Positions 19,489 to 28,672 of a stretch of 64,000 nt of DNA are shown here, piece by piece. The translations under genes were made by a program, and so were the position numbers. Source of the stretch: Microcoleus sp. (GTDB lineage: Bacteria > Cyanobacteriota > Cyanobacteriia > Cyanobacteriales > Microcoleaceae); assembly GCA_042408215.1 (NCBI GenBank), contig JAYFMW010000015.1, forward strand, positions 14,669-78,668. Direction: 5' to 3'. Positions within the stretch are counted from its first letter, which is position 1. Every line of letters starts with the position of its first letter. The notes beneath the pieces were generated by a model. The model saw nothing but the letters and a program-made list of their open reading frames with translations. It was not told the DNA's origin and did not search any database.

Positions 19489-20640
19489 ATGAAAGCTTTA
19501 CTGGCTGAGGCTAAATGGGAGCCTAAAATGCAAGGTTTAGATAAAAATCAAGCTATTCCCGGGACACTTGCTTGGAAAGATCCTATATTCCATATTGTTG
19601 ATAAAAATATACCTGAGCCTAAACCCGATGAACTTTTAATCAGAGTGAAATATTGTGGTATCTGTGGCTCAGATATTCATGTTTATGAAAAAAATGCAGC
19701 CGGTTATATTCTATTTTCTGGTCCGACAAAGTTACCCTGTGTGTTAGGACATGAGTTTTCAGGTGAAGTGGTTGAAGTTGGGAAAGAAGTTAAAGATTTT
19801 TGCCAGGGTGATCTTGTCACAGCAGAAAGCGTTTTGTGGTGTGGGCACTGCATACCTTGCCGCATGGGAATGTTGAATCAGTGTAAAAATGTGGAATTGT
19901 TGGGATTAACAACAGATGGTGCTTTTGCTGAGCATATTGCTATCAAAGCAAAATATTGTTGGAAACTTAATCACTTGAAGGAAACGTTTCCCATTGAAGA
20001 TATTTATAAGATAAGTACCTTAATAGAACCTATTGGTTGTGCTTATAACGGTATCTTTATATCAGGAGGCGGTTTTTTACCCGGTGCGTCGGCTATAGTT
20101 TATGGTGCAGGGCCAATTGGACTAGGTGCTGTAATGTTACTTAAATCAGCAGGTGCAGCAACAATAATAGCAGTTGATACTATGGAAGAAAGACTCACAA
20201 TTGCCAAATCAGTTGGGGCTGATTATGTTTACAACATAAGGAATACAAAAGATTTTCCTGAAATAGTTCAAGAAATTACTGGTGGTTGGGGAGCTGACAT
20301 ACAAGTTGAAGCCGCTGGAAGCCCTAACCATACTGTTCCAATGATGCAAAAGAACATTGCTACAAGGGGGAAAATTATTTATCTAGGCCGAGGCGAATTA
20401 AATACATCCATAGACTTAAATAGTATCGTCAGTGGTGCTTGTACAATAGTAGGGGCGCGTGGACACTCCGGATATGGGATATTTAATAACATCATCACTA
20501 TGATTCAGAGAGGCAAACTTCTTGGGATTGAAAATATCATAACTTCAGTTTTCTCTTTTAGAGACATTTTGGATGCTTTTGAGTCTTCGCGTTCCAGAAA
20601 AGATGCAAAAATACTTATTGACATACATGGGTTAAAATGA
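19489..20640 (+). CDS. Zn-dependent MDR dehydrogenase, scyllo-inosose 3-dehydrogenase (IolM)-like
   Basis: CGICGSDIH, GHEFSG, CGHCIPC...C, GAGPIGL; AKWEP start, GYIL..G and GHSG motifs recall Thermotoga IolM. Confidence 0.8.
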   Translation: MKALLAEAKWEPKMQGLDKNQAIPGTLAWKDPIFHIVDKNIPEPKPDELLIRVKYCGICGSDIHVYEKNAAGYILFSGPTKLPCVLGHEFSGEVVEVGKEVKDFCQGDLVTAESVLWCGHCIPCRMGMLNQCKNVELLGLTTDGAFAEHIAIKAKYCWKLNHLKETFPIEDIYKISTLIEPIGCAYNGIFISGGGFLPGASAIVYGAGPIGLGAVMLLKSAGAATIIAVDTMEERLTIAKSVGADYVYNIRNTKDFPEIVQEITGGWGADIQVEAAGSPNHTVPMMQKNIATRGKIIYLGRGELNTSIDLNSIVSGACTIVGARGHSGYGIFNNIITMIQRGKLLGIENIITSVFSFRDILDAFESSRSRKDAKILIDIHGLK

Positions 20641-20681
20641 TACTCTTAAGAAGAGTTTTGTAATTTATTTGGTAAACACAA

Positions 20682-21173
20682 ATGTCTAGTGATGTTAGCT
20701 CAATCATTGCCAAATGGGCCTATAAATACTTTCGGGACTTCGATGGAGTACCTCCAGATAGTGACAAGCTGACCTATGCAAAAGCACTTCTAATTTGTGC
20801 GAAGGGAGATGGGGAATTAACAGCAAAAGAAAGAGACTGGGTGATTGGTTTTACTGCGCTCAAAGGAGTCCCAGCTTCCGTTATTGAAGAACTGAAAAAT
20901 TACCCGGCTACAGAGAATTTGCAAGAAGTTCTGGCTACTAGCCAGTCGATTTTCCAGACATCAACACATAACCTGATTTATGATGCAATACAAGCTTCTG
21001 CTGCTGATGGTGAATATGCTGAAGGAGAAAAAGAAGCGATTCGTGAAGCAGCATCTATCCTAGGAATTTCTGAGGATGCAGTTAAGCAGCTTGAGGAACT
21101 ATACGAAGAGGAACAGAAATTGTTTGCCAAGAAAATTCAGTTGTTTTTTCCCAAAGGGAAGCCTCAGTATTGA
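20682..21173 (+). CDS. TerB-like (tellurite resistance fold) protein
   Basis: Two A.GDGE/AADGE-x-x-x-x-E motifs and AASILGIS. Confidence 0.65.
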   Translation: MSSDVSSIIAKWAYKYFRDFDGVPPDSDKLTYAKALLICAKGDGELTAKERDWVIGFTALKGVPASVIEELKNYPATENLQEVLATSQSIFQTSTHNLIYDAIQASAADGEYAEGEKEAIREAASILGISEDAVKQLEELYEEEQKLFAKKIQLFFPKGKPQY

Positions 21174-21225
21174 CAGATGGATTCCTCATGCCATTTTCAA
21201 TCGCAAATGTATCTTCCGTAACCCT

Positions 21226-21394
21226 AATACCCATTTTTTGTGAGGCTGCATAGAATTTGATCCCCCCTAACCCCCCTTAGTAAGGGTGGGACAAGAGCGC
21301 GATCTTTCGTCAACCCCTACTCACACCCTACTCCCTTATTAAGGGGGATGCGAGGGGGATCAGAATATGTGCAACTTCACATTAAATTGGTATA
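21226..21394. repeat. Cyanobacterial MITE-like element
   Basis: Imperfect ~27 bp inverted ends (ATACCCATTTTTTGTGAGGCTGCA / TGCAACTTCACATTAAATTGGTAT) around CCCCCTAACCCCCCTTA...TAAGGGGGATGCGAGGGGGATC. Confidence 0.5.
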
Positions 21395-21520
21395 ATCCTT
21401 AGTTTTTTCTAGAGCTACTGCCTCCTTAAGCGGAACTTCCCTGGCGAGGGAACTTCCGCTTGAACATATTACCCGCTGTGACTTTCCAGAATTCTGGAAA
21501 ATCTGTTACCAAGCGATTGG

Positions 21521-22869
21521 GTCTAAAGCCCCGTCCTTCTAGGACGGCTTTAATTTATGTAATTTGTAAATAATTGTTAAACAAATAGAGCTTGTGGGTA
21601 AAAGTTTTAGTAAAAATGATAAACTAATCCCATGATAGTTTTAGAGTTCAAGTTGAAAGGCAAAGCGGAGCAATATCGGATCATCGACGACATGATCAGG
21701 ACAGCTCAGTTTGTCCGAAACAAAACTCTTAGACATTGGATAGACAATCAAGGAATTAAGCTGGTTGACCTGTACAAACAATGCGCCATTATGGCAAAAG
21801 AGTTTGAATGGGCAGGCAAACTTAATTCGATGGCACGTCAAGCTTCCGCTGAACGTGCCATTTTTGCTATCCAACGTTTCTTTGCTAATTGCAAAGCAAA
21901 GAAGCCAGGAAAAAAGGGGTATCCACAGTTCAAGAAGCATACCCGATCGGTTGAATATAAAACTTCGGGTTGGTCACTTTCTACTGACAAAAGATGCTTG
22001 ACGCTTCAAGACGGCTTTGCTGCTGGCAAGTTCAAGTTGATCGGTAGTCGAGACTTGCATTTCTATGCACCGGGTGAGATAAAACGAATCAGAATTGTGC
22101 GTCGTGCCGACGGCTACTATGCACAATTTTGTATCAACGTGGAGCGAAAAGAGGAGCCTATTCTCAATGGCAAGACTATTGGGATAGACGTTGGGTTAAA
22201 CCATTTCTATACTGATAGCGATGGCGAAACAGTTCCGAATCCTCGGCATCTCCGCAAAAGCGAAAAAGCTTTGAAGAGATTGCAAAAGCGAGTTTCCCGG
22301 AAGAAGAAAGGTTCTAAAAACCGAAAGAAAGCGATAAACAAGTTAGGAAGAAAGCACTTAAAAGTCAGTCGGCAGCGTAAAAACTTCGCCATAAAGACGG
22401 CGTTGTGCGCGGTAAAATCTAACGATTTTGTAGCCTACGAAGACCTTCAAGTGCGGAACATGGTTAAGAATCACAAGCTTGCTAAATCAATTGGCGATGC
22501 AGCGTGGGCACAGTTTGCTCAATGGTTAGAATATTTTGGAGAAGTGTACGGCAAAACAGTTATTGCTGTTGCTCCTCAGTACACCTCGCAAAATTGTTCA
22601 AACTGCGGCAATCTGGTTAAGAAAACTCTGTCAAATCGAACCCATATTTGCGGTTGTGGAGCGATATTAGATCGCGATCACAACGCCGCGAAAAACATTT
22701 TAACGAAAGGGTTGAAGGAAGCAGGAATTAATTTCAATTTAAATACGGTGGGACACACCGAAATTCACGCTTGGGGACAGACCGATCTCTACTCTTTGAT
22801 GGCAGCATCAACGAGCAAATCGACTGTATGATCCAAGAATCCCTGCGCCTTCAGGCCAGGGAGTGTCAA
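21521..22869 (+). mobile_element. IS200/IS605-family (IS1341-type, tnpB only) element
   Basis: Left hairpin CCGTCCT-tct-AGGACGG; right end CAAGAATCCC...GGGAGTGTCAA; no tnpA. Confidence 0.8.
21632..22831 (+). CDS. tnpB: RNA-guided endonuclease TnpB
   Basis: RuvC motifs IGIDVG, AYEDL, DRDHNAAKNI; zinc ribbon CSNC...CGCG. Confidence 0.95.
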   Translation: MIVLEFKLKGKAEQYRIIDDMIRTAQFVRNKTLRHWIDNQGIKLVDLYKQCAIMAKEFEWAGKLNSMARQASAERAIFAIQRFFANCKAKKPGKKGYPQFKKHTRSVEYKTSGWSLSTDKRCLTLQDGFAAGKFKLIGSRDLHFYAPGEIKRIRIVRRADGYYAQFCINVERKEEPILNGKTIGIDVGLNHFYTDSDGETVPNPRHLRKSEKALKRLQKRVSRKKKGSKNRKKAINKLGRKHLKVSRQRKNFAIKTALCAVKSNDFVAYEDLQVRNMVKNHKLAKSIGDAAWAQFAQWLEYFGEVYGKTVIAVAPQYTSQNCSNCGNLVKKTLSNRTHICGCGAILDRDHNAAKNILTKGLKEAGINFNLNTVGHTEIHAWGQTDLYSLMAASTSKSTV

Positions 22870-22889
22870 AAGTTTAAAGAATTCCTTGT

Positions 22890-24092
22890 ATGCCAATCAA
22901 ACCTAACTCTCTGAGCTTCACGGTGCTTCTTGGCATACTTGCTGCACTGCCACCTTTATCAATAGATATGGCACTACCAGCATTTCCCACTATTGCCACT
23001 TCACTAGATACCTCCCCTGCTGCTGTGGGACTAACACTTAGTCTGTTCATGGTTGGCTATGCTACGTCACAGCTTGCCTTTGGTCCGTTCTCCGATCGCT
23101 ATGGACGTAAACCAGCCTTGCTAATAGGATGCGGACTCTTTGCGCTTGCGGGTGCTGGTTGCGCTATGGCACCATCAATTAATGCACTTTTGGCTTGGCG
23201 CTTCTTTCAGGGCGCAGGTGCAGGTGCAGGTATGACGTTGATGCTAGCGATAGTCCGCGATCTGTTTGAGAATGCTGCCGCCCGTGCCCAGCTCTCCTAC
23301 GTTAACCTGGTGATGACCGTAGCGCCAATGATTGCACCCACAATTGGCGGGGGATTACTGGCGATCGCGGGTTGGCGTGTAATCTATGGATTATTGGCTG
23401 TGGGAGGGCTGGTACTCCTGCTGACTGTTGCACTCGGACTGAGCGAGTCTATTAAAAGCAGAGATCTAAATGCCATTAAACCACGTCGGTTTATCAAGAA
23501 TTATGTCAGCGTTCTTAGTAATCGGATTTGCCTTAGCTATGCTCTAGTCAATGCTCTGAGTTTTGGGTGCATGTTCGCCTACGTTGCGGGTTCACCACTT
23601 GTGATGCTGAAGGTCTTAGGTCTCTCGACCACAACCTATGGTTTGCTCTTCGCATTGACTGCTTTCGGTATCATGGCAGGCTCCTTCCTCAACGGACAGT
23701 TGAACACTCGCGGTATATCATCGGCAGGCTTGCTCAGCTTTGGGTTAGTGCTTGCTGCTACCTCAGCGGTTGCACTTGTAATAGTGTCGGGGAGTGGTGT
23801 GGCACAGGTGATGACACTGATGCCGCTACTCATACTTAATACTTTTGGTTATGGGCTGATTGCACCCAACGCTATCCATCATGCACTGGAGCCAGTGCCA
23901 GAAATTACTGGAGTTGCTGCTGCATTAGTGGGATTTCTGCGAATGCTAGCTGGTGCCATAGCAAGTGCGCTGATTGGCTTTCTCTTTGACGGACACACTG
24001 CCTTTGCCATGTCTGCTGTGATGGCACTGTTTGCGATCGCCTCGCTCGCTACCTATGCCAGACTTCGTTTTCTGAACTCGATTAAGCTGTAA
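22890..24092 (+). CDS. MFS multidrug efflux transporter, Bcr/CflA family
   Basis: PLSIDMALPAFP, GPFSDRYGRKP, RFFQG, APMIAPTIGG, GWRVIY; about 12 TM helices. Confidence 0.93.
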   Translation: MPIKPNSLSFTVLLGILAALPPLSIDMALPAFPTIATSLDTSPAAVGLTLSLFMVGYATSQLAFGPFSDRYGRKPALLIGCGLFALAGAGCAMAPSINALLAWRFFQGAGAGAGMTLMLAIVRDLFENAAARAQLSYVNLVMTVAPMIAPTIGGGLLAIAGWRVIYGLLAVGGLVLLLTVALGLSESIKSRDLNAIKPRRFIKNYVSVLSNRICLSYALVNALSFGCMFAYVAGSPLVMLKVLGLSTTTYGLLFALTAFGIMAGSFLNGQLNTRGISSAGLLSFGLVLAATSAVALVIVSGSGVAQVMTLMPLLILNTFGYGLIAPNAIHHALEPVPEITGVAAALVGFLRMLAGAIASALIGFLFDGHTAFAMSAVMALFAIASLATYARLRFLNSIKL

Positions 24093-24249
24093 AAAATCAT
24101 CGTCAACAGTGAAATGAGTTACGGTTCACTAATCACAGTAAAAGCGGATTAAAATCGTCGCTTGGAAACTAAAGATCTACGCAGAAACCCGCTTTCTAGG
24201 CTCGTAGTGCGTAAGTCCTGAGACATATTGCAATACTGTTTGACGACAA

Positions 24250-25599
24250 TTAAGAAAAATAATTGCGGAAGTAATCTCGATATAGTTCACAGCTAACAGT
24301 CGATTTATCGTCTGTAAGATGCGCCAATCCTAAACTTTTTAACTTAAACGCCACCTCTTTCTCTAAGGAAGTTGGAACCCTTAAAACCAGTTCAAAAGCA
24401 TCAGCTAATTTAGGATATTGCTGAAGGTTCCATAACTGAGACTGAAGATGTTGTTGATAGATTCCACTATTTTTCGTAGCATCTTGCATTAAGGTTTGCA
24501 CGGGAACTTTCCAGCGGGCACTTTGATACAATGTCAGTCGGATCAAATACGGAAAGCCACCAGTAAGCTCCATTAACTGCTCGATTTCAGGCTTCGCGAG
24601 TTGAAGCCCGTGACGTTTGGCTAAATCCTGTACCTGTTCAGGGCTAAATGTCGGCAGTTCGATCGCCAATCCCACATTAAACGGAGAGCGATGGGTGGGT
24701 AATGGAATGTAAACTTCAACTGCATAAGCTATGACAACTCGTAACTTCTGCCAAACTGAAATGTCTTTTGTTTCCTCATACCAGGAACGCAACAAAACGA
24801 AAAAATCGCTAGCGATTTCTGGGTACTCAAATAATTGGTCGATGCCATCTAATGCTAGAACGATCGGGTTAGATATTTCCTTGAGGAGATAGCCCTGAAA
24901 ATAAATCGTGGTGTTAATCAAGGCTCCCATATCCTCGTCCCAGTAGTCATTTATTTTAGATGCTAAACCCAACTGCTGAGTGACATTTGTACAGAACCAG
25001 CGTAAAAAGCGATCGCTCGAAGCAAATACCTGTGTGCCGGCGCGATGCAAGCTGAGTCTTACTGTGTGGTAATTCTGACTGCTTGCATAATCCAGAATTC
25101 GGGCGATTAGGGAAGTCTTCCCCATCTTCCGAGGTGCAAAGATGCGAATGAATGCACGGGGTTGGAGAATTTCTTGATAGCAGATTTGTTCGATATTCTG
25201 GCGCTCAACGTACAGACAGGAAGAGAGGGGAACCTGTCCTTCTGGAGATTCTAAAACGTAGCGTTCTCCAGTCAAGCCTACCCCAAGCATCGCTGTTATT
25301 GTTTGAGTCTGCTGAGGATTTTTCCGATAGATAAACTGCTGTTCTAGCAGCGCTGGAAGATTTGTTTTATTAACTTTTTCGCCGATCGCCTGTGAAAGCA
25401 ACTGCCATAATTTAGGCGCAACTGTGAACTTAATATAGCTTTCAGAATAGTTATTTTCTTCAGCAATTTGAGCGTAAGTTTTTTTGTCTTCTAGTAGAGA
25501 TTCTCGCAAGATTACCTTTTGAATATAGTTAAGCGAAACCCCTGTTTCTGTAGCCACTAAAAGGAGCGCAAGTTCAACAAGTTTTTCAATATTTTTCAT
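24250..25599 (-). CDS. HTH domain + AAA-like (AAA_35) protein
   Basis: N-terminal TYAQIAEENNYSESYIK...LWQLLSQAIGEKVNK; PEGQVPL, APRKMGKTSL, SPFNVG, TGGFPYL. Confidence 0.88.
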   Translation of the reverse strand: MKNIEKLVELALLLVATETGVSLNYIQKVILRESLLEDKKTYAQIAEENNYSESYIKFTVAPKLWQLLSQAIGEKVNKTNLPALLEQQFIYRKNPQQTQTITAMLGVGLTGERYVLESPEGQVPLSSCLYVERQNIEQICYQEILQPRAFIRIFAPRKMGKTSLIARILDYASSQNYHTVRLSLHRAGTQVFASSDRFLRWFCTNVTQQLGLASKINDYWDEDMGALINTTIYFQGYLLKEISNPIVLALDGIDQLFEYPEIASDFFVLLRSWYEETKDISVWQKLRVVIAYAVEVYIPLPTHRSPFNVGLAIELPTFSPEQVQDLAKRHGLQLAKPEIEQLMELTGGFPYLIRLTLYQSARWKVPVQTLMQDATKNSGIYQQHLQSQLWNLQQYPKLADAFELVLRVPTSLEKEVAFKLKSLGLAHLTDDKSTVSCELYRDYFRNYFS

Positions 25600-25614
25600 T
25601 CAAATAGCAAGTTG

Positions 25615-26637
25615 CTAGATTGGGATATTCAATGCTCCATTAGCTCTGAGCCAATGCTTCTGTTGGCAAGTTAACCCTTGAGCGTCTGTAAAGCAGGCTT
25701 TTTTGACGCGACAACCAGAGAAATCAGCACCCATTAGCTGAGTATCTTTCAAGTTGGCGTGTCTCAGATCGGCCTCAACCAGATTGGTATCTCGCAAGAC
25801 TGATCCCTCTAGATCGGCTTGAAATAGAGAAGCTCGCTTTAGATTAGCACGGCTTAAGTCAGCGCCAACTAAGTTGGCTAATTCTAGAGCAACTCGGCAC
25901 AAAATTGCTTCTGTCAAATCAGCATATCTCAGGTCTGCCCCAACCAAATCCGCCTCGGTCAAATCAGCTCTCCTGAGAATTGTCTCATTAAGCTGGCTCT
26001 CTTCGAGATCGACTCGCTGCAACGAGGCTTGGCTTAAGATGGCACCTTCCCAATTTGTCTGACGCAGATTTGCTTCATCGAGGTTGGCTGCCGTAAAATC
26101 CGCCCCTTTCAAGTTTGCTTTCAATAAATTGGCTTCACTCAGAGTTGCTTGAAGCAAACAAGCACCTTCTAAAGACGCTTCAGTTAAATTAGCACCCTTT
26201 AAACAGGCAGAAGTTAGATTTGCATGATTTAGGAGAGCATGACTCAGGTTGGCGTTAACTAATGTGACTTCCTTTAAATCCGCCCAAAAAAGGCTGCTGT
26301 GGAGCAGAGAGGCTTGACTTAAGTTTGCCTGTCTTAAGTTCGCTCGATTCAAATCTGTCCAAATCAGATTTGTGCCGCTTAAGTTGGTGAAACTCAGATC
26401 GGCACTATTGAGGTTGGCATGACTAAAATCAATTCCATTTAGGTCAGCGCCCTTCAGGTAAATTCGACTAAGGTTAAGATTTTGAAAATTTCGTTCCTCC
26501 TCGGCATACCGCTTCAGAATGTCACTGGCATTAATTATTTTCATGAGCATTAACGAGGCATTGCTCGACTTAACGATTGTTTTTGAGCCGGCTCGGTTGT
26601 GATGCGCTGTATTCATGTTTTTGCCATCTCTACCCAT
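25615..26637 (-). CDS. Pentapeptide-repeat protein
   Basis: Continuous A(D/N)Lxx repeats after ILKRYAEEERNF. Confidence 0.93.
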   Translation of the reverse strand: MGRDGKNMNTAHHNRAGSKTIVKSSNASLMLMKIINASDILKRYAEEERNFQNLNLSRIYLKGADLNGIDFSHANLNSADLSFTNLSGTNLIWTDLNRANLRQANLSQASLLHSSLFWADLKEVTLVNANLSHALLNHANLTSACLKGANLTEASLEGACLLQATLSEANLLKANLKGADFTAANLDEANLRQTNWEGAILSQASLQRVDLEESQLNETILRRADLTEADLVGADLRYADLTEAILCRVALELANLVGADLSRANLKRASLFQADLEGSVLRDTNLVEADLRHANLKDTQLMGADFSGCRVKKACFTDAQGLTCQQKHWLRANGALNIPI

Positions 26638-26704
26638 CCTCCATTTTCGCTAATCCTTATCTATCTTAATAAAATATTCTAAGTGGCAAGCTGTAATTTG
26701 TAAA

Positions 26705-26770
26705 TTTCCCTACTTTCCCTACTTTCCCTACTTTTCCTACTTTTCCTACTTTTCCTACTTTTCCTACTTT
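26705..26770. repeat. 7 x 9 bp tandem repeat TTT(C/T)CCTAC in a divergent promoter
   Basis: 3 x TTTCCCTAC then 4 x TTTTCCTAC, read directly. Confidence 0.9.
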
Positions 26771-26871
26771 AAATTCACGGATGATAATTGAGCTGCAAAA
26801 AACTTGTAAAACTGCTTGACTTAAACAGCTTAATCTGATATATATATATAGTAACCAATATAAATTCCATA

Positions 26872-28617
26872 ATGAAAAAATTAAGGAATCCTAAAAATAG
26901 TAGATATATTGGCTTATTGGTATCTACAGCACTATGTCTGGTTAGTGGACAGGGAAAAGCTGCTGAACGGGTTTCTCAAGACTTTTACGCTTTTAATAAA
27001 ACTACTCAGGAAGTCGCTCAATTAACCCAGCGATCGCCAACCATAGTTCTTAATGGCAATAATCTAACGCCCTCTGATGTTATAAAAGTGGCGAGAATCG
27101 GTGTCAAAGTGAGCATTAGTGATGCTGCTTTAAAACGGCTTAAAACTGCCCATGAATTGCTGCTTCTTGCTGCTAAAAATGGTCGAGCAATTTATGGTCT
27201 GACTCAAGGCGTAGGCTTAAATAAAGATCGGACTTTGGTTGATGCAAAGGGAAATTTGAGTCAAGAGGTAATCCGACGCTCTCAAGAATTTAACCGAGGC
27301 CTAATTTACGCTCACAGTGCAGGTGCTAGTCCCCAAATGAGCAAAGATGTGGTGCGAGCCATCATGGCGGTTCGCCTCAACTCTATTTTGTTTGGTTCAA
27401 CAGGAGTTCAGCCGAAAGTTGCCGAATTGTACCGCGATTTCTTAAACAACGACATTGTTCCGATAATTCCCTCTAGAGGCTCTGTGGGACAAGCTGATAT
27501 TACCCTGATTACCCATATTGGTCTGGCGATGATTGGCGAGGGAGAAGTGTATTACCAAGATAAAAAGATGCCTGCCAGTCAAGCCTTGAAAATGGCTGGG
27601 CTTGAGCCTTTAGTTCCCTTTGGTAAAGATGCGCTGTCAATTCTCAGTTCCAATGCCTACTCAGCAGCCTTGGGTGCATTAGCAGTAGCCGAGCTTGAAC
27701 ACGCATTAAAGATGTCGAAACTAATCTTTGCTATAAGTCTTGAAGCATTGGACGGTAATATTGAACCTTTCTTAGAAGATGCTAACAAAATTCGACCTTT
27801 CCCAGAGGCGAATCAGGTATCGAGAGACATCCGAGAAATGCTCAGTGGTAGCTATCTCTGGGAAAAGTCAGAAGAGAGAGCACTTCAAGATCCTTTAAGT
27901 TATCGCACAGGTGCTTATATACTAGGCGCGGGCGAACATTCTTTAAAGCAACTACAGGAACAACTCAAGATTCAACTCAATTCCTCGGATGATAATCCGG
28001 CAGTTGTACTCGATGTTGTGCCACCATCAAATCGATCTGAGGAAGCATCTCACTATGTTAATGAGGGAGGAATTCGAGGCGCAGTTATGCCAACTGCTAA
28101 CTTTTCGCCCTTACCTTGGGTGATTTCGTTTCAAGAAGCGGCGATCGCTTTGAGCTACCTTTCAAGCGCATCTGCCCAACGAACAATTAAGCTTGGCGAC
28201 CCGCATTTTACCCACTTGTCCCGATTTTTAGGAACAGAAAATACCGTTCATGCCTATGGTGCAATTCAGAAAACTTTCGTGGCTTTAGCCGTAGAAAATC
28301 AGGAACTAGCAGCACCAGTAATGGATAATTTTGCCATTGCTGGCAATATTGAAGATGTGTCAACAAATGCTCCAAGAACTGTGCAGCGTGTTATGACACA
28401 GACTGACACTCTCTATTACATCTTAGGAATCGAAATGATGCACGCCGCACAAGCTATTGACTTAAGATTACAAAAAAATCCTAATTTGAAATTATCGAGA
28501 GTCACCAAAGAATTCTTTGAACAGTACAGACAGGTTGTTCCTTTTCTGAAAAGCGATCGGGTGTTAACCTATGACATTGAAAAGTCGTATTCATTCTTGA
28601 AAGCCTACCCCAAATAG
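26872..28617 (+). CDS. Aromatic amino-acid lyase superfamily (HAL/PAL fold) protein lacking the MIO triad, with signal peptide
   Basis: IYGLTQGVG, RGSVGQADI in place of GSVGASGDL, KDALSILSSN, LQDPLSYR, NSSDDNP, NF, NIED; N-terminal basic-hydrophobic-AxA leader. Confidence 0.85.
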   Translation: MKKLRNPKNSRYIGLLVSTALCLVSGQGKAAERVSQDFYAFNKTTQEVAQLTQRSPTIVLNGNNLTPSDVIKVARIGVKVSISDAALKRLKTAHELLLLAAKNGRAIYGLTQGVGLNKDRTLVDAKGNLSQEVIRRSQEFNRGLIYAHSAGASPQMSKDVVRAIMAVRLNSILFGSTGVQPKVAELYRDFLNNDIVPIIPSRGSVGQADITLITHIGLAMIGEGEVYYQDKKMPASQALKMAGLEPLVPFGKDALSILSSNAYSAALGALAVAELEHALKMSKLIFAISLEALDGNIEPFLEDANKIRPFPEANQVSRDIREMLSGSYLWEKSEERALQDPLSYRTGAYILGAGEHSLKQLQEQLKIQLNSSDDNPAVVLDVVPPSNRSEEASHYVNEGGIRGAVMPTANFSPLPWVISFQEAAIALSYLSSASAQRTIKLGDPHFTHLSRFLGTENTVHAYGAIQKTFVALAVENQELAAPVMDNFAIAGNIEDVSTNAPRTVQRVMTQTDTLYYILGIEMMHAAQAIDLRLQKNPNLKLSRVTKEFFEQYRQVVPFLKSDRVLTYDIEKSYSFLKAYPK

Positions 28618-28672
28618 GTTAATCAAGTTTAAAACAGGAAATCAAATTCCTCGTTCAAGATTAATAAAAAAG

